Assembly (NCBI GenBank): GCA_951406725.2
Contig: OX597821.1
Span: forward strand, 62,930,001 to 62,994,000
DNA from: Octopus vulgaris
Taxonomy: Eukaryota
Length of the DNA stretch: 64,000 nt
Direction of reading: 5' to 3'
Shown: one piece after another, positions 24,916 to 38,656 of the stretch
How positions within the stretch are numbered: the first letter of the stretch is position 1
How the letters are laid out: each line of letters opens with the position of its first letter
Made by a program: the position numbers and the translations under genes
The notes under the pieces: model-generated
Told to the model about the DNA's origin: nothing
What the model saw: the letters and a program-made list of their open reading frames with translations, nothing else
The model's database searches: none

Positions 24916-26159
24916 ATTTTGTTATATAAGTTTTATATACGTATGTCTAGATAATCCCTTTAGGAGAGATTTATGATTTGATTTACCAATTTCAGCGAAG
25001 TTATATTTCGCTCTGTCATTTAAGAAAAAGGCCGCTGAATGTGTCATATAATTTACATTGTCACCTCAGTGCCTTGCAACATACTATAGCATAATAGATC
25101 CGATCATGTTGCCCCTGACACAAACACTATTCAGTCATTGAAAATCTTCCAGCAACATGTTGCATTTGATTAATCAACTAAATTCCTTTATGATCAATGA
25201 CAAAATTTAGCCTACTGAATGAAATCAATATATACATATATGTATGTTGTTTGAATGTGTGAATATGTGATATGCCTTAAAAGTCTTTTCATTGATGGAC
25301 GTTTCATTATGCATCACAATTCACGGAAACACGCACGCCGCATTAGGGTTGGGAAAATTTACCTTAAAATGGCAAGTTTAAATCAGAGCCTGTGTTCCAG
25401 TGCTTATATATTATATACCATAATTAATAGGTAAATAAGAATTAAAAGAAGCGTAGACAATTTATAAACATCAAAATCACGTTTCTGTCTTAAATCATAA
25501 TTCAAAATAACATAGTATATTCATATTATTGCTTTAACAAACATGCTAATTATGAAAAGATATCAAAGTGGTTATCTATATTTAACGTATAGTTAACGCT
25601 TGAAAACAAACTTCAAATCATTTTAATTAATAAAATATTTACTACAACTCCTTGATATTAATTTAGTAATACATTTGGTGTCGCGTGTCGCGCATTCATT
25701 TCATTCGAACTTGCTCAAATCCCGTATACTTATTCGCAGCATATTCAGTATAATCAAGTCTTCATTTGCCCAGCGAAACATTCGTGTTTTTATTAGTGCA
25801 TACAGAAAATTCAATGTCATAGATGAATTTGAAAACGGTGAAATGATGCATTACATATATATACATGCAGACAAAAATATATCCCCAACCAAAAGCTATG
25901 CATACATTTAGGCAAGCAAAAACTTACATGTACAGATATAGTTACACACACACACACATGCGATAGCAGATTTTTATCATAAAAAATTATTGCATATAGT
26001 CATCATGTATTTAACCGACAATACATGTACAGAAGGATTAAAAATCCCGTGTACGCGCACAAATTCTTACTTTGACACTTCATCTATTACTTTATCTAGA
26101 TTTTGCACGCACACATTGATTATATATCTGTAGATATAAATTGTAGTATGGCATAACAT

Positions 26160-26170
26160 TATGTATATAT

Positions 26171-26233
<63 letters not shown>

Positions 26234-26302
26234 TGTATATATATATGTATATATATATATATAATGTATGTATATATGTATGTATATAGATATGTATGTG
26301 TG

Positions 26303-26335
<33 letters not shown>

Positions 26336-26337
26336 GT
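26160..26337. repeat. (TA)n-rich compound microsatellite
   Basis: Direct reading. Confidence 0.95.
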
Positions 26338-27607
26338 CCGTGTGATTGTACATGTGGTTATACATAATTTTGTACGTCTCTATGTGTGCTCAGTTATTTA
26401 GGAATGAATATTATTTTCAACCTTATCAGTTCATTTGGTAGATTTCTTGATATGGTCTTGTGAATAAGCGAGGTATGTATCAGATGTCTGATGCATTATA
26501 CATATCTTTAATTTAAACATATCTAATATGCTACCTTACATTTCTTTAGATTTATAATCCGTAGTTTCAATTTGAACAACACCCAATATTTCTGATGGAT
26601 CACATGTCTGAACCATCATGAAGCAACGCCGTTGTCATATATTAGAATCTTTTTGATTCCAAAACTGCAGTTGTATATTAGAAACCACGGGATTTATATT
26701 AGAAACAATGCTATTTGGTATTTGGCACGTTGTGCCTTAATGCTGCAATCATATCAATGGTTTAATGCTACGTTTGAGTTATTTTTAAAAAACTAAAATT
26801 TATTTATTGCTAATCTAGCTAGAAAAATGTATTACACAAGCTGTATTATAATGCTTTAATAACATATTAAATTCAATGTAACTTTATACTAATATCAAAT
26901 ATTTATAAACATTATTGTTCGGTTTCGGATCATGTATGGACAATACGTTTACGCTGTTGATGAATAGTGCGATTAGGTGTTAGAGTCAATTTATGCTAAT
27001 GCCTTGACCATATGTTAAAATCATGGTCTTCTATTGTTCTTGTTCTGATTTCATATGAATGCTTCCGTGTCAAAGTAATGAGAAAATCCATTAGCGTAAT
27101 GTTAAATGCTCTGATAGCGTATGTGAGTTTCTGTGACTCTGCGAAGAACACGATTAAATGTATAAACAAAAACAACACCATCACGCTTGCATTTCAACGT
27201 ATTAGATGTCAGTATATTGTTTTAGCATAACATAGAGTTTTAGCACATCATAAAGTAACAGATGTTTTAATAAAGTAGTGTGCTACTAGATTGATAGTTT
27301 GATATTTGTACACTGACTATTCCTCTGCTACTAGTACTGAGTACAACCTAACAGTATTATTTAATCCTGTTATCTGTTCCGTGTTCCCATAAACTATTTG
27401 GTATGCTCCGTGTCGTGTCTTGCCTTAGCATCATAAGGAAGCTCAGTTTCAACAGAGAACTAATAGTGGCCAAGAGTGTAAGTTCAAATTTATTTTCAAT
27501 AACTATTATTGAATCATTGAATGGCATATTTCTATAAGTAAACAGTTACTAAACAATGACGCCAATAAAACCCTATAGACAGATATACTTGAGTGCGTGT
27601 GTATTCA

Positions 27608-27610
<3 letters not shown>

Positions 27611-27671
<61 letters not shown>

Positions 27672-27775
27672 CATACGTATATACATACGCGCTTATATAT
27701 ATATAAACATATGTATATATGTATATCTGTGAATGTATATATATATATATGTATGTATGTATATACATATATATA
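27611..27775. repeat. (TA)n-rich compound microsatellite
   Basis: Direct reading. Confidence 0.95.
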
Positions 27776-29799
27776 AAAACAGATATATATGCCATAAATA
27801 TTGCATATGAATAAATGTACATGTATCTGTTGCTAAATGTGTACGCATAGATATGAATATATAGCCACGTGTGTGAGTGAATCTTATTTATAATCTGTTT
27901 ACATTTATGCGTATAATGTGTATGCATCTCTGTGATTTTTGCATGCATGCTAACGATCTTTCATATTGTCAGTAGCATTCTTTTCCCTATGGTGTTTGTC
28001 TATGACTTCAACTTATATCGATCCAGTTCTTATATGTCTTTTTCTTATATCTTCATGACTCTTATTCTCTCTTATTATATCACTCTTACTTCTTTCTCTG
28101 CATTATTTTCCATTATTCGATCTTATTACAAACGTCTCTTGTTGGTTTCCGTTATGGAATATATTTCTTTTATTTCATATATGTTCTTGATGAATAATCT
28201 CGTAGGCAAAAGAAATATACCTCATCATGACAATATATGATTGGCAGAAAATAATATGCACAAGGAGAAAATAAAATATTTAATTTATGGTAGAGGAGAA
28301 AAATAAACAATACAACGTACCTTGGTGAGGTCTTTATTGCTCTTTCAGGATAAAAAATATGAATAATATTATAGCGAAATACGAAATGTATAAAGCTTAG
28401 GGAAGAATTAATATTTTTCCTATATTTTTTTTGTTTTCTTGTTTAATCTACGTATTACTTTAAATGTGTATATGGATGGTAAATAGCTATGCAACTAGTC
28501 AATGTATATAGTCGTATACATTTATGGATAATTAGATATATTCATACAATTATATTTTTGTTATCGTTATATGTGACTCTGTGCGTGTGTGTGCATGTAC
28601 ATGGTGAGTATGTGCTTGTACATGGGTGAGCGTGTACATATATAGTCATGTATACAAACCCACACGCACGCATAAGTTACACAGAGAAAGAAAACGAGTG
28701 GCTCACATGAGCCTACTGAATAGACAGGGATTATGAATTCTCTTTAACTGTCTTCAAGGTGATCCATGGATAAAGATAAAAATAATTTAATAAACCTCTA
28801 TATGTGTTAAGCCCTCAACTAAAACTTTAAAGCATTGCTTTCATTGAATAATTGTAATCGTGATATTCATTATGCTGGAAGTATCTCCTATGTGAGTAGG
28901 TATGTGCAAGTGTGTCGGTAACGTGGTGTGTGTGTGTTAGTATGTATGCGTGATACTAGGTACATCAAAGAGCATGTGCTTACACTGGAGTGTAGGAGTA
29001 TTATAGGATATTTGAAAGAATCGTTAGGCTCTTAATGGTCTGTATCAGCTTAGTGGATGAAATAATCCAAACTTTTTTCCAATTTTGTCACAACAGAAAA
29101 AATATAAGAAAATGTTGAACAGGGAAATATTTTTGAAACATAGACTAAATTACACTAAACTGTTTACTCTTGATATTGAAACTTCAAGCATTTTCCATTT
29201 TATCATATTTATAAATAATTTTGTGGCGCCAGTTAAGATAATCACCTTTGTTAGGTTCCTATGGGAATTTATCTTTAAATCCTTGGCGATATTTAACTTC
29301 CCTTTTACTCCATCAAAATACGTTCATGATAGTTGGCTTAATGTATGGTTATTGTATAACTGAACGCCATATTCAATAGTACTGAGTTATACAATATAAT
29401 TGTACACTATTTGTTACTCTTTGATATATGATTATGACTGCAAGTTCGCTACAAGTCTCTCTGAGCTTATTCTCCCCAAACATTTCAACCAGTCTTTTGA
29501 ATTACTCATTAATATGAGTAATTCAATACCGTAACCTCTATATGAAAATAAATCATAAGAAGCCTGCAAACGAATATTGGTTTAACATCTTGAAATACGA
29601 GAATGTCATCGACTCCAGCGACCTTGGTAGAAGTCTATATCAAATCCTAGAATTTTGCAAAATACTCTCAGACTATTACATCCGATTCACTTATGCAATT
29701 CATTTTCCAGTTACATTCATTTTCTGTCTGCTCAGATAACATACAGACACTGTGCAAGCAATTCCTTGTAGACGTTAACTTGGAGTTAACCATCAGAGT

Positions 29800-30660
29800 G
29801 TCTCTATAGGCTTTGAGAGATTCTTAAAGTCACCACTCTCCTCAACGGAATCGCCGTCCTCAGTAAATCAAGGCTCATACCTTCACGTGGATTTTCACAT
29901 TACTCCCTATCTGGATGGTGTCGATATAGCTGTTGAATGCTTCGCTGTTTTGAACAATTTAGGCCAAGTTTTTAATCTCATATACGCATTAGAAACCGTT
30001 ATAATGATGCACCATATACCTTGATCTTTTCCTAATTTTTTCTACGTCTATGGGTCAAACCCTCCGTTCCATCAAGCTCCATGATTCAAACTTTTATCAT
30101 TGCCCACATAAATGGAGATAACAATGATACTCTTCATCGTTTTAAGCCTATACCATTCTTTACTAACCAGAAGTAAGGCTTTCGCGGAGGGAGCTCCACT
30201 GGAACCCTACTCTTTATGTCATTTCTCAATGAGCTCCTACTTTAGAGAAGTGCAGTGAAAGCAATGCTGTTATTCTACAAAGCTGTAAAGACTCACGAAA
30301 ATATTGTGCAAGCAGATCTCTTATCAAACGTTCCCGCCTACAGACTGCACCTAAATCTCATGCCTTGTACCAGAAACTACATATGTCATCGTAATATTGT
30401 GGCTGTCCGACCTTGGTGTCCACGGTGTTTCGTTCCATCCATTATACTCTTTTGTCTATACACGAATAGTTTACTTACTGCCGAATATATCAAAACCCAC
30501 TCTTATGCAGATGACACTAACCTTGGTTTACCCTGATTTTTCTCTTATTATTCATCATTCAAACACAATGTAAATAGCATACATCAAGAATCCATTCCAT
30601 AAACGGAGACTTGAGCAAGCTTACCAGTGGGGTCATGCCCGCTTTGTGCCTTTTAAGAGA
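29800..30660 (+). mobile_element. Decayed non-LTR retrotransposon reverse-transcriptase remnant (CR1/L2/Jockey-type)
   Basis: ORF 30255-30536 ends ILFCLYTNSLLTAEYIKTHSYADDTNL (YADD at 30504-30515), matching the LF.LYINDL...HSYADDT motif. A second degenerate QG-like block lies near 30185-30240. Many stops and frameshifts; boundaries uncertain. Confidence 0.65.
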
Positions 30661-32844
30661 GTTAATAACGAATCACACACTATTTATGTGAAGGAAATCA
30701 CACTGCATGCATATGCGTTCATATTTATATGCACACACATACACAAACACACACACACACACACGCATACACACAAACACACGCACACACACACACACAT
30801 ATAAATATATATATATATATATTTACATAGACACACATGCACACACATTTAAATTAATTATATTTGATGGGGATAAGACTAATTGAAATACAAGACGATA
30901 AGTTAAGCTGTACATTTTAGAACTACCTTCTTGCGCTATTGAATTAATCAATGAATACTGAACAACTGTAAGATATTTTTACCTCTCAACCCCAACACAC
31001 GTTTGGAATTTGTAAAGCTGCTTTATTCTATTCATTAACACAGGCTGATAAGTATGTTTCTTCTCTAAACCAATTAAGAAATGGTCAATATTTTTCTAAA
31101 TGTTTCCCTAAGTCTCTGATTAAGATAACCACTTGATAGATATTTAATGAAAGAGCTTATAAAGCACTCGTTACATTATTTTTGCGTTTCTTAGCATTTA
31201 ATATGAATTCATATAAAAAGTGATAATATAAAGGATATTTATAAAAATCGATATAAAACACCAAAGCTCTAATTAATTTCAGAAAATACTTTCTTTATAC
31301 AAACAGAATGCGCCAGATGCACACGTACTGAAAACCCACAGGAAAATAGATTTTCTTGTAACTTAAGAAATTATTTGTAATCTAATGCGATTTTCAGTAA
31401 TCATTTCTGATTTTCTTACTGAGGCACGAAAACGAGTTTAAATTATTTTCTCTCAGTGCAAATATATTATGCCAAAACGCATGTGCATTATACAAAAATG
31501 CAAACGTGCATTAATGAATGTGACGTTGTTTTTCACACTTTTATCTTGGTTCCCTGAATAGAGCAATATATTTTCACTGAACACTTACGACAAATTGTAA
31601 TCGAAGTTTATTTCCTTAGAATTTGGACACTGATTTTCAAAGGTATCCAGCTGTGTTATCCAACATTATACCAATCTATCATATAATGAATACAGAGCTA
31701 AATACTGTTGGTAACCCTTACCATAAACATTTATTGCTTCTTTCGTTTTCTGTTTATTTGAAGATGCTTTCCATGCGCGAATGATTGGATCTGAGATCAT
31801 GTGTTCGAACATAAACAATTATAACGAGAAGAAACAAAATGTCAGCATTTAAGAACATCAAAATTGTCTTAACTTCTTTCTTTATTTCTTAAAAGTGAGT
31901 TATAAAGTGTCAAAAACACTGCACAAGGGAATAATAAAAATGAGGCATTAGAAGTTTGTTAGCAAGATGTAGAAAAGTGCACTAATTGTATAATTAACAC
32001 ATAAATGAATGCGGAGTAACATATTCTTTCTCACACTTTGACGATGCATTTATTGAGATTGTTTTTATTATAATAGAAAATGATCGTACTTAATAATACC
32101 CCGATGTCCTCCTTACAATCTTACAACGATGCATTGTTATACAATCTTGAATCAACTCTATATTTATGTATGTTGAATGATTCATGTAAATTCCGTGTTT
32201 TTAGATTTAATATATTTTACTATACAATAATTTGTACGTAAACATTGTACAACACATTTTTTAAATACCTGAGCAATGAGGAGTAAAATGGAGGCCTACA
32301 GCTCTGTTATTTCTATAAAAATGCATTATTTTAAACTATATTATCATCGAAACGAAACTACGTAAAATCTCGTTTAAGTGACGTGTGCCGCAAAACGTGC
32401 TATCTGCACACTGAATATATATAAATATATGGAGAAAATACAAATAAAAATTCATCTGACGATATAACGAAGTTCTATAACTCTTAAGTTATATATGCCT
32501 TCATGGTAACAGTTGCTATCGACCCTCATACACTTATGACTCTATTTTTCCTTTATACTATCCCGTATTCCTCATAATCTGCTTCACTCTCTTCGATGGA
32601 AGTAGTAACTAATAATATCCAAATATATACGTTTTTATTATTATTTTGCAATTTACTTAATCATCGGTATATTATTGCTATTTCATTTTTTATATTTCTA
32701 TTATATGTAATTTTCTAGATGGTGTAATTTAATTGTTCATTTTGAATTGATAAAAGGTGGTTTTATCTAATTTATATATATATATATATAGTGATCATTC
32801 TAAAGTTTTGTTAACTGGGTAGAGTATGATCGCTGAGCATATCT

Positions 32845-32965
32845 AATAATTCTTTTTACTATGCAGACAAGGCTTGCGATTTTGCGACAGGAGGTAGGTC
32901 GATTACACTGACACAAATGTTCAACTAATACTTATTTCATCCACCTCGAAGGATGAAAGGAAATT
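32845..32965 (-). mobile_element. SINE 3' fragment (family B variant)
   Basis: acaaggcttgcgatttt ... gtcgattacactgac ... gaaggatgaaagg matches 57085-57294. Confidence 0.65.
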
Positions 32966-33237
32966 TCTTTTAAGCTGAAAATTATAACACATATACTGTA
33001 AAGCTTAAACATTTTTCATTTTCTCTAGATAGTGACACAAGAGTTAAGTTCGGAAAAGAATGTTTCTACCACATGATGTTATTTAGTAATTTTTATATAT
33101 ATGTTATTGGAATTCCGTATATTTGAGAAATCTAAAACATAATTTGAATCTGTTATGGAATATCAATTATAATATACTTATCACAAATTGCATGCAAATT
33201 TTTGGAGCGTATATATTGATATATTTTTTATCGGTTA

Positions 33238-33460
33238 AAGCTGGGAACATGCAGAATCATTAACACGCTGAATATTATGATTAGGGGTATTTAATCCGTC
33301 TTTATGTTTGGAATTTAATTTCTGCCAAAGTCCATTCTGCTTTTTCGTCATTTCGGGAACGCTAAAATAAATGCCAGTTCTACATTGATGTCGATGTATA
33401 TTCGACTTACACCCTGACGCGAAATTGCTGGCCTTGTGACAAAATTTGAAACCGATATAT
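33238..33460 (+). mobile_element. Diverged SINE (family B variant)
   Basis: gcagaatcattaacacgctg head and gaaattgctggccttgtgacaaaatttgaaacc tail. Confidence 0.75.
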
Positions 33461-33709
33461 ATATCTATCGGTTGATACATAATTATGTAACAATCAGTGT
33501 AGAAATACGAGAGTATTCGTAAATTAGACTACATGTAGGTACACACACACATGAATAAATATATGTATCTATACATACAAGTCGCTTTATACATAGATAT
33601 GAAAACTTTCGTTATAAATTAAAATTTGTCGCTGGGAACGCCAATTTGTATTAGCACCGACATATGCAGATATACTCTCTCAAACGCTCTCAAGCAGTTA
33701 CACATATTA

Positions 33710-33750
33710 TACATATACATACATACATATATATGTGAATATATGAATTT

Positions 33751-33796
<46 letters not shown>

Positions 33797-33990
33797 AACA
33801 TATATATATATATATATTTATTTATTTATATGTATAATACTTTATATGAATACATATCACACATACATACACACATATGTGTATATATATATATATGTAT
33901 ATATATATATCTATATGTGTGGGTGTGTGTGTGTGAATACACATCACATATAAACACAAACATGAACATACAAACACACACACATATAGT
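33710..33990. repeat. Compound (TA)n/(TG)n/(CA)n microsatellite
   Basis: Direct reading. Confidence 0.93.
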
Positions 33991-35592
33991 GGACTTACAT
34001 AAAAAAGTATATTGGCAGTTAAGAAATTTAACATTGCTACGAGACACATGAAATATACTATTTTTGAACGTTTCTATGTATGTTCAGTATAAATCACAAT
34101 AGTCTTATAAATCTGAATGCGTAAATAGTAATCTACTTTTGAAGAGACCGTCATCTATTTAATATTGAAATACTTAATTCACACTTGTTTTCCTCTATAA
34201 TTGGATAATATATTTGACTCTAAAGCAGCCTACGTAGATTTCCACAATATTCTGCATAGCTACGATTTTTTTTCTCCATTTTCCTGCTTGCTTCTTTTTT
34301 TTGTCGTACTTTATAAAGACACATGCATCTGAAGTTTTTGTTCCATTCATATTGTTGGTTACACTCGTACGTTAAATATTCTTCTTTTCGTCACCATTCC
34401 ATTTGCCTGATTTGCAATTATATCTGATGGAAGTAGATGAGATGCAAACATGAAAGGAAACAACGAGCTTGGAAGCAAAAACATGGTTTACTTTAGTTGA
34501 TTTTTTAAAGATCAGATGGCATGAGCAGCTGTTGTAATTTCATTACTTGCTTTCCAGCTTATGAGTATGCATCTACTAGGTTAATTGCCGTAGTCAAATA
34601 CCATTCAAGTGTACGTCATATTACAACTGTTTTTTTTTTTTTTTTTCAATGAAGGAAACTCACACAAAGTATAGTGTCCGAGAAAAAGATATTCCTGAAA
34701 AGAGGAATGGGTTATCAAAAGTTATCATAACTGATAAAACTTTGATCACAGGGCTGCTGTACAACTGTAACGCGTTTAATATGTAAATAGTGATACGATT
34801 CACGTGCTACAGTTACTTTAGTCAACTACCTACTAGAAAATAGCGTCTGTTAGATTCTTTGCTGAATTTATTTGAAAAAGTTGATAAACATAATCCATTT
34901 CTTTCTGGCGGCGTAAACAGTGAAGGTTTTAAAGTGCTCTGATAATTTAAAGAGTTTAAGTAGTATAGGTCATGTTTTGTTGTCTCTCATGCATCAGGAA
35001 AGTTATTTTACAATATCGAGGAAAATTTTATCATTTGTCAGTATGTCGAATTTTTCTCTACTTCATTTTTTAAGTAAGATTGTATCAGAATGGCGTTAGA
35101 CATGGCGATTCTATGTATGGATGAGGTGAAATATCTCTGATGGTTTTTCAATGATTGGGTTTATCTAACACAAAGATGGATGAAGGTAATCGCTCTTTCG
35201 TCTCTCAAATTCAAAAAATGTTTTGGGGTGATACGGAACTGTGTGTTGGTGCGTGTAAAGTTACCAGAACTGCCTTCTAAACATATATCTTATTCGAAAT
35301 GTTTATGATGGAAATATCTCGGTATACAACATTTGCCGCTTGTGATTGGTTATGGAGGTTCAAAAATATATATAGTTTGGGAAATGCCTATGAGCTACAT
35401 TTTGTTTGAAGTGTTTTTGCATTGTGGTATGCAGGATTTTGCATTACATCAGGAATGTTTTCCGTGCCCCTGTAAAATTCTTTAATGCTTTTTTAACTGA
35501 AAGACTCTACGAAAATACAGCAATACTTGCTTTTTTAATTATATGCTAAGTACTTGGTATCAAGTTCATTTTAAGGCTTCGTTAGTTTACAC

Positions 35593-35593
<1 letters not shown>

Positions 35594-35644
<51 letters not shown>

Positions 35645-35645
35645 T
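35594..35645. repeat. (TAA)n trinucleotide repeat
   Basis: About 17 copies, direct reading. Confidence 0.97.
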
Positions 35646-36339
35646 ATATTAAAAATAATAGTTTATAGGATTAGCATGCAGCTCTTGAAGAGACACACAT
35701 GATAACACGCAATTCTGTTCTGCATCACCATCAGGAAAACGTCAAATAATTCCAAAGTATATTTGACATATGAGAAACAAGAAAAAGGATTACAAAAATC
35801 TATAGGATTCTGGAGAATATAAGTATTGTTAGATAAGACGTGAAAGCTCGAAGAATAAACACATTATCTTCTTACTGATGCTTACTTGCAGATACTTGGG
35901 GATGTACGGTACGTGGTTGAATTGTATGTTGACGTTAAATGGAGTATTTTTGATCTCCTAATGAGGAATTATGATTCAGGATTAAAGTAAAACGATACAG
36001 GAAATTTACCGCTGCAGTGGATGCTACAACTGGAATACAAACTTTCAATTTGTTATTCATTCCTTCGCTGGAGAAAAAAGACAATTCAAAGAATGAGCCC
36101 ATCATGATTTCTAGAGCTTAGAAATTCTTAGCTCAAGTACAAGTCCATAAAATAGGAAAATTCTGATAACTCAAAATCGTTAGGCGGGTGTTTGGCCTAT
36201 AATAGTTTCAGATCAGAGCATTAGAACAAAGGAAATCACTAGAAATAAATGAGATGACAGTAGGTTCAAAAGTTGGAATTGTGAAAAAAGAAACGGAAAA
36301 TAAAAGGAAAAAGAAATAAGAAGATTTTAGCGCTATATC

Positions 36340-37135
36340 CCCTTTGACCGTTTAGTTTTGAAGCTAGACGGTGTTTAATAAACTGAAGGAGTCTACGTCT
36401 ACGACACTGCAGCTCAATTCTGAGAGGGTATTCTTCGAAATCCATACTTGGCTAGTCAACTTGGTGGCTTTACTTTTGTACATTTGTCGGAAGGAGGATA
36501 GGTGGTTTACATAGTAACCTTTAAAGTCACCTTCACATAACCCGATGTAATTATTCTTTTGGGTTTTATTGTTGTGTAGCATTGCTATACATTCTGTCTT
36601 ATATAGAACGGAGTTTATCATGCACTTCTTGTTGAGTGTGAAAGCTCCTGGCTTCCGACTTTCAAAACTGGGAGTGAAATCTTAGTGGTGCTTGCGGGTA
36701 ATAATTTTCTTCATATTGGGGTAGCAGCTATATGATAATTTAATTGATCATTTCCTGGGAAATATTTATCTAGAAACATAACTTTTACCTACGTTAGTTT
36801 TAGTATTTAGGCAGAGAACGAACCTCATTAGTTACCTAGACCTATTCTTAGATCTATTTACATTAATTGTATTATTAATTGACGCCTTATAATATAACTT
36901 ATCTTTGAAGTGAAAGTTAGCTAGGGTATTGTTATAGTAGGGGTCTGCTTATCAATGAGTGGTTAGCTATTAGATTTTTAAACACTATAGGAGTGTGGCA
37001 GGACTATTTGCGTATGTTGTTTCTTGTTTGGCTTATTCTACGGTCTATAAGAGTGCAACTTTAGATCCAGTGAAATATCTGAAAAATCGACAATTGAGAG
37101 ATTAGAAGTGTCAGTGATTTTTAGGTAGCGATGTG
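36340..37135 (-). mobile_element. Decayed Penelope-like retroelement: RT C-terminus, linker and GIY-YIG endonuclease
   Basis: Minus-strand translation across frameshifts gives, in order, LKITDTSNLSIVDFSDISLDLKLHSYRP*NKPN (RT end), ADPYYNNTLANFHFKDKLY, NTKTNVGK, FLDKYFP, KLSYSCYPNMKKII, then CMINSVLYK ... YIGLCEGDFKGYYVNHLSSFR ... KATKLTSQVW (GIY-YIG, ORF 36364-36621). This motif order is characteristic of Penelope-like elements. Confidence 0.9.
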
Positions 37136-37451
37136 TTTTTTCTAAATAAAAAGCTGCCTTAAAGACTTCTTCTTACTATTAGTTGCTCATAGATAACTGG
37201 ATGACCTTTGACACTGTCGAGTTCATCTGCTATTTGACATGTCTTATTTGTCATTTCACTTGGTATCCAAAAAGCATTCTATTCACCAAGATGCTTCGTG
37301 GTGTTGTGGTTCAATCACCGATATCTCGTACATCATGCAACGAGTCGTATTGGCTTGAATGTTACAAGTAGCACTCAAGAACGGACTGACATCATATCTA
37401 TCTATTTGTCTGACTGTCTGGTCTGCCTCTATCTCACTGTTTTTATATGAA

Positions 37452-37452
<1 letters not shown>

Positions 37453-37497
<45 letters not shown>

Positions 37498-37566
37498 TAT
37501 ATATGTATACATACATAGATACTAACATACATACATATATATATATGTGTGTGTTTATATGGGTGT
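37453..37566. repeat. Compound (TA)n microsatellite
   Basis: Direct reading. Confidence 0.95.
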
Positions 37567-38237
37567 AGCATAATTTGTAAAGATAGTCTTAGTTAATTAC
37601 TACAAGTGATTTATATGATATTCTAGATTATTCTTCAAAATTATTGTTTAATATAGCGTAAGTATGATGAACGTCAATAAATGGAAACCACTAATTAATA
37701 CACCACACTAGAGCCCTCTATTACAGTTTCTCAATCTAATTATATTATACGTATATCATTTATATCATAAAGAAGCGTGAATAGAAGTAACTCCAGAAAT
37801 ATATCGAATAACTCTATAAAAGATTTGCAAACATATTATAAACAAACTTAACGAGGGAGAAGAAGCAGCGGAAAGATAGAGAATCTCGGCTCACCGCCAT
37901 ACCTATGTTATTCCCGAATAAGCCACCATTATTACACAAGTTTTTTTAGATATTCTTTATTAGTGTTCGAAATAATGTTATAGAGATGAAATATTGTGTA
38001 GAAATATGTGGTGAAGGGGTTTAGAAATAGTGTAATACAGATAATCACATGGTAACCTGGGTCAGTATAATTAAGCAGGTTTGGTATGAATATTTGTGTC
38101 TTTATATACAAAATCGCAGTCGATGTCTTCTGTCAGAAGATAACCGAGGAGTCGTTTTTACTCCTACATTGATTACCCCAATACCAGGAGCAATCAAAGC
38201 GAGCATATTGAAATCACTATCAAAAGTTGAATATATA

Positions 38238-38287
38238 GGCACAGGCGTGGCTGTATGGCACCTTGAAACGGAAACTGAAAGAAGGTC

Positions 38288-38326
<39 letters not shown>

Positions 38327-38440
38327 AATTAAGGACTGAACACGTATATATAAATATTTAATCTTCGGATTCTTTTTTAATATGCTAGACCACTGGTTTT
38401 AATTGATAAATATTGATTTCTACCCTTAATTAATTAATAA

Positions 38441-38479
<39 letters not shown>

Positions 38480-38656
38480 CTTTTTGTGCTAGTGTTTATC
38501 CCCCTCCACAGCTTGAGAAACAGTGTTGGTGTGTTTATGTCCCCATAACGTAGCAGTTTGGCGAGAGAGGCCAATAAAATAATCACCAGTTCTGGGGTCG
38601 ATTTACCCTAGTATGGCCGCAATCAAAGCGACAGAAAGAAGTAAAAGAATCAAAGA
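38238..38656 (+). mobile_element. Internally deleted SINE (family A) interrupted by a 116-bp insertion in its central microsatellite
   Basis: ggcacaggcgtggctgt ... acggaaactgaaagaaggtcgta-(TA)n, then foreign sequence 38325-38440, then (AT)n(GT)n and the normal 3' half (tgttggtgtgtttatgtccccataac ... gtaaaagaat). Confidence 0.8.

Noticed and set aside
34900-35460. Possible LTR integrase remnant (minus-strand HQHTVPYHP)
   Set aside because: A single short motif with no supporting DDE context.
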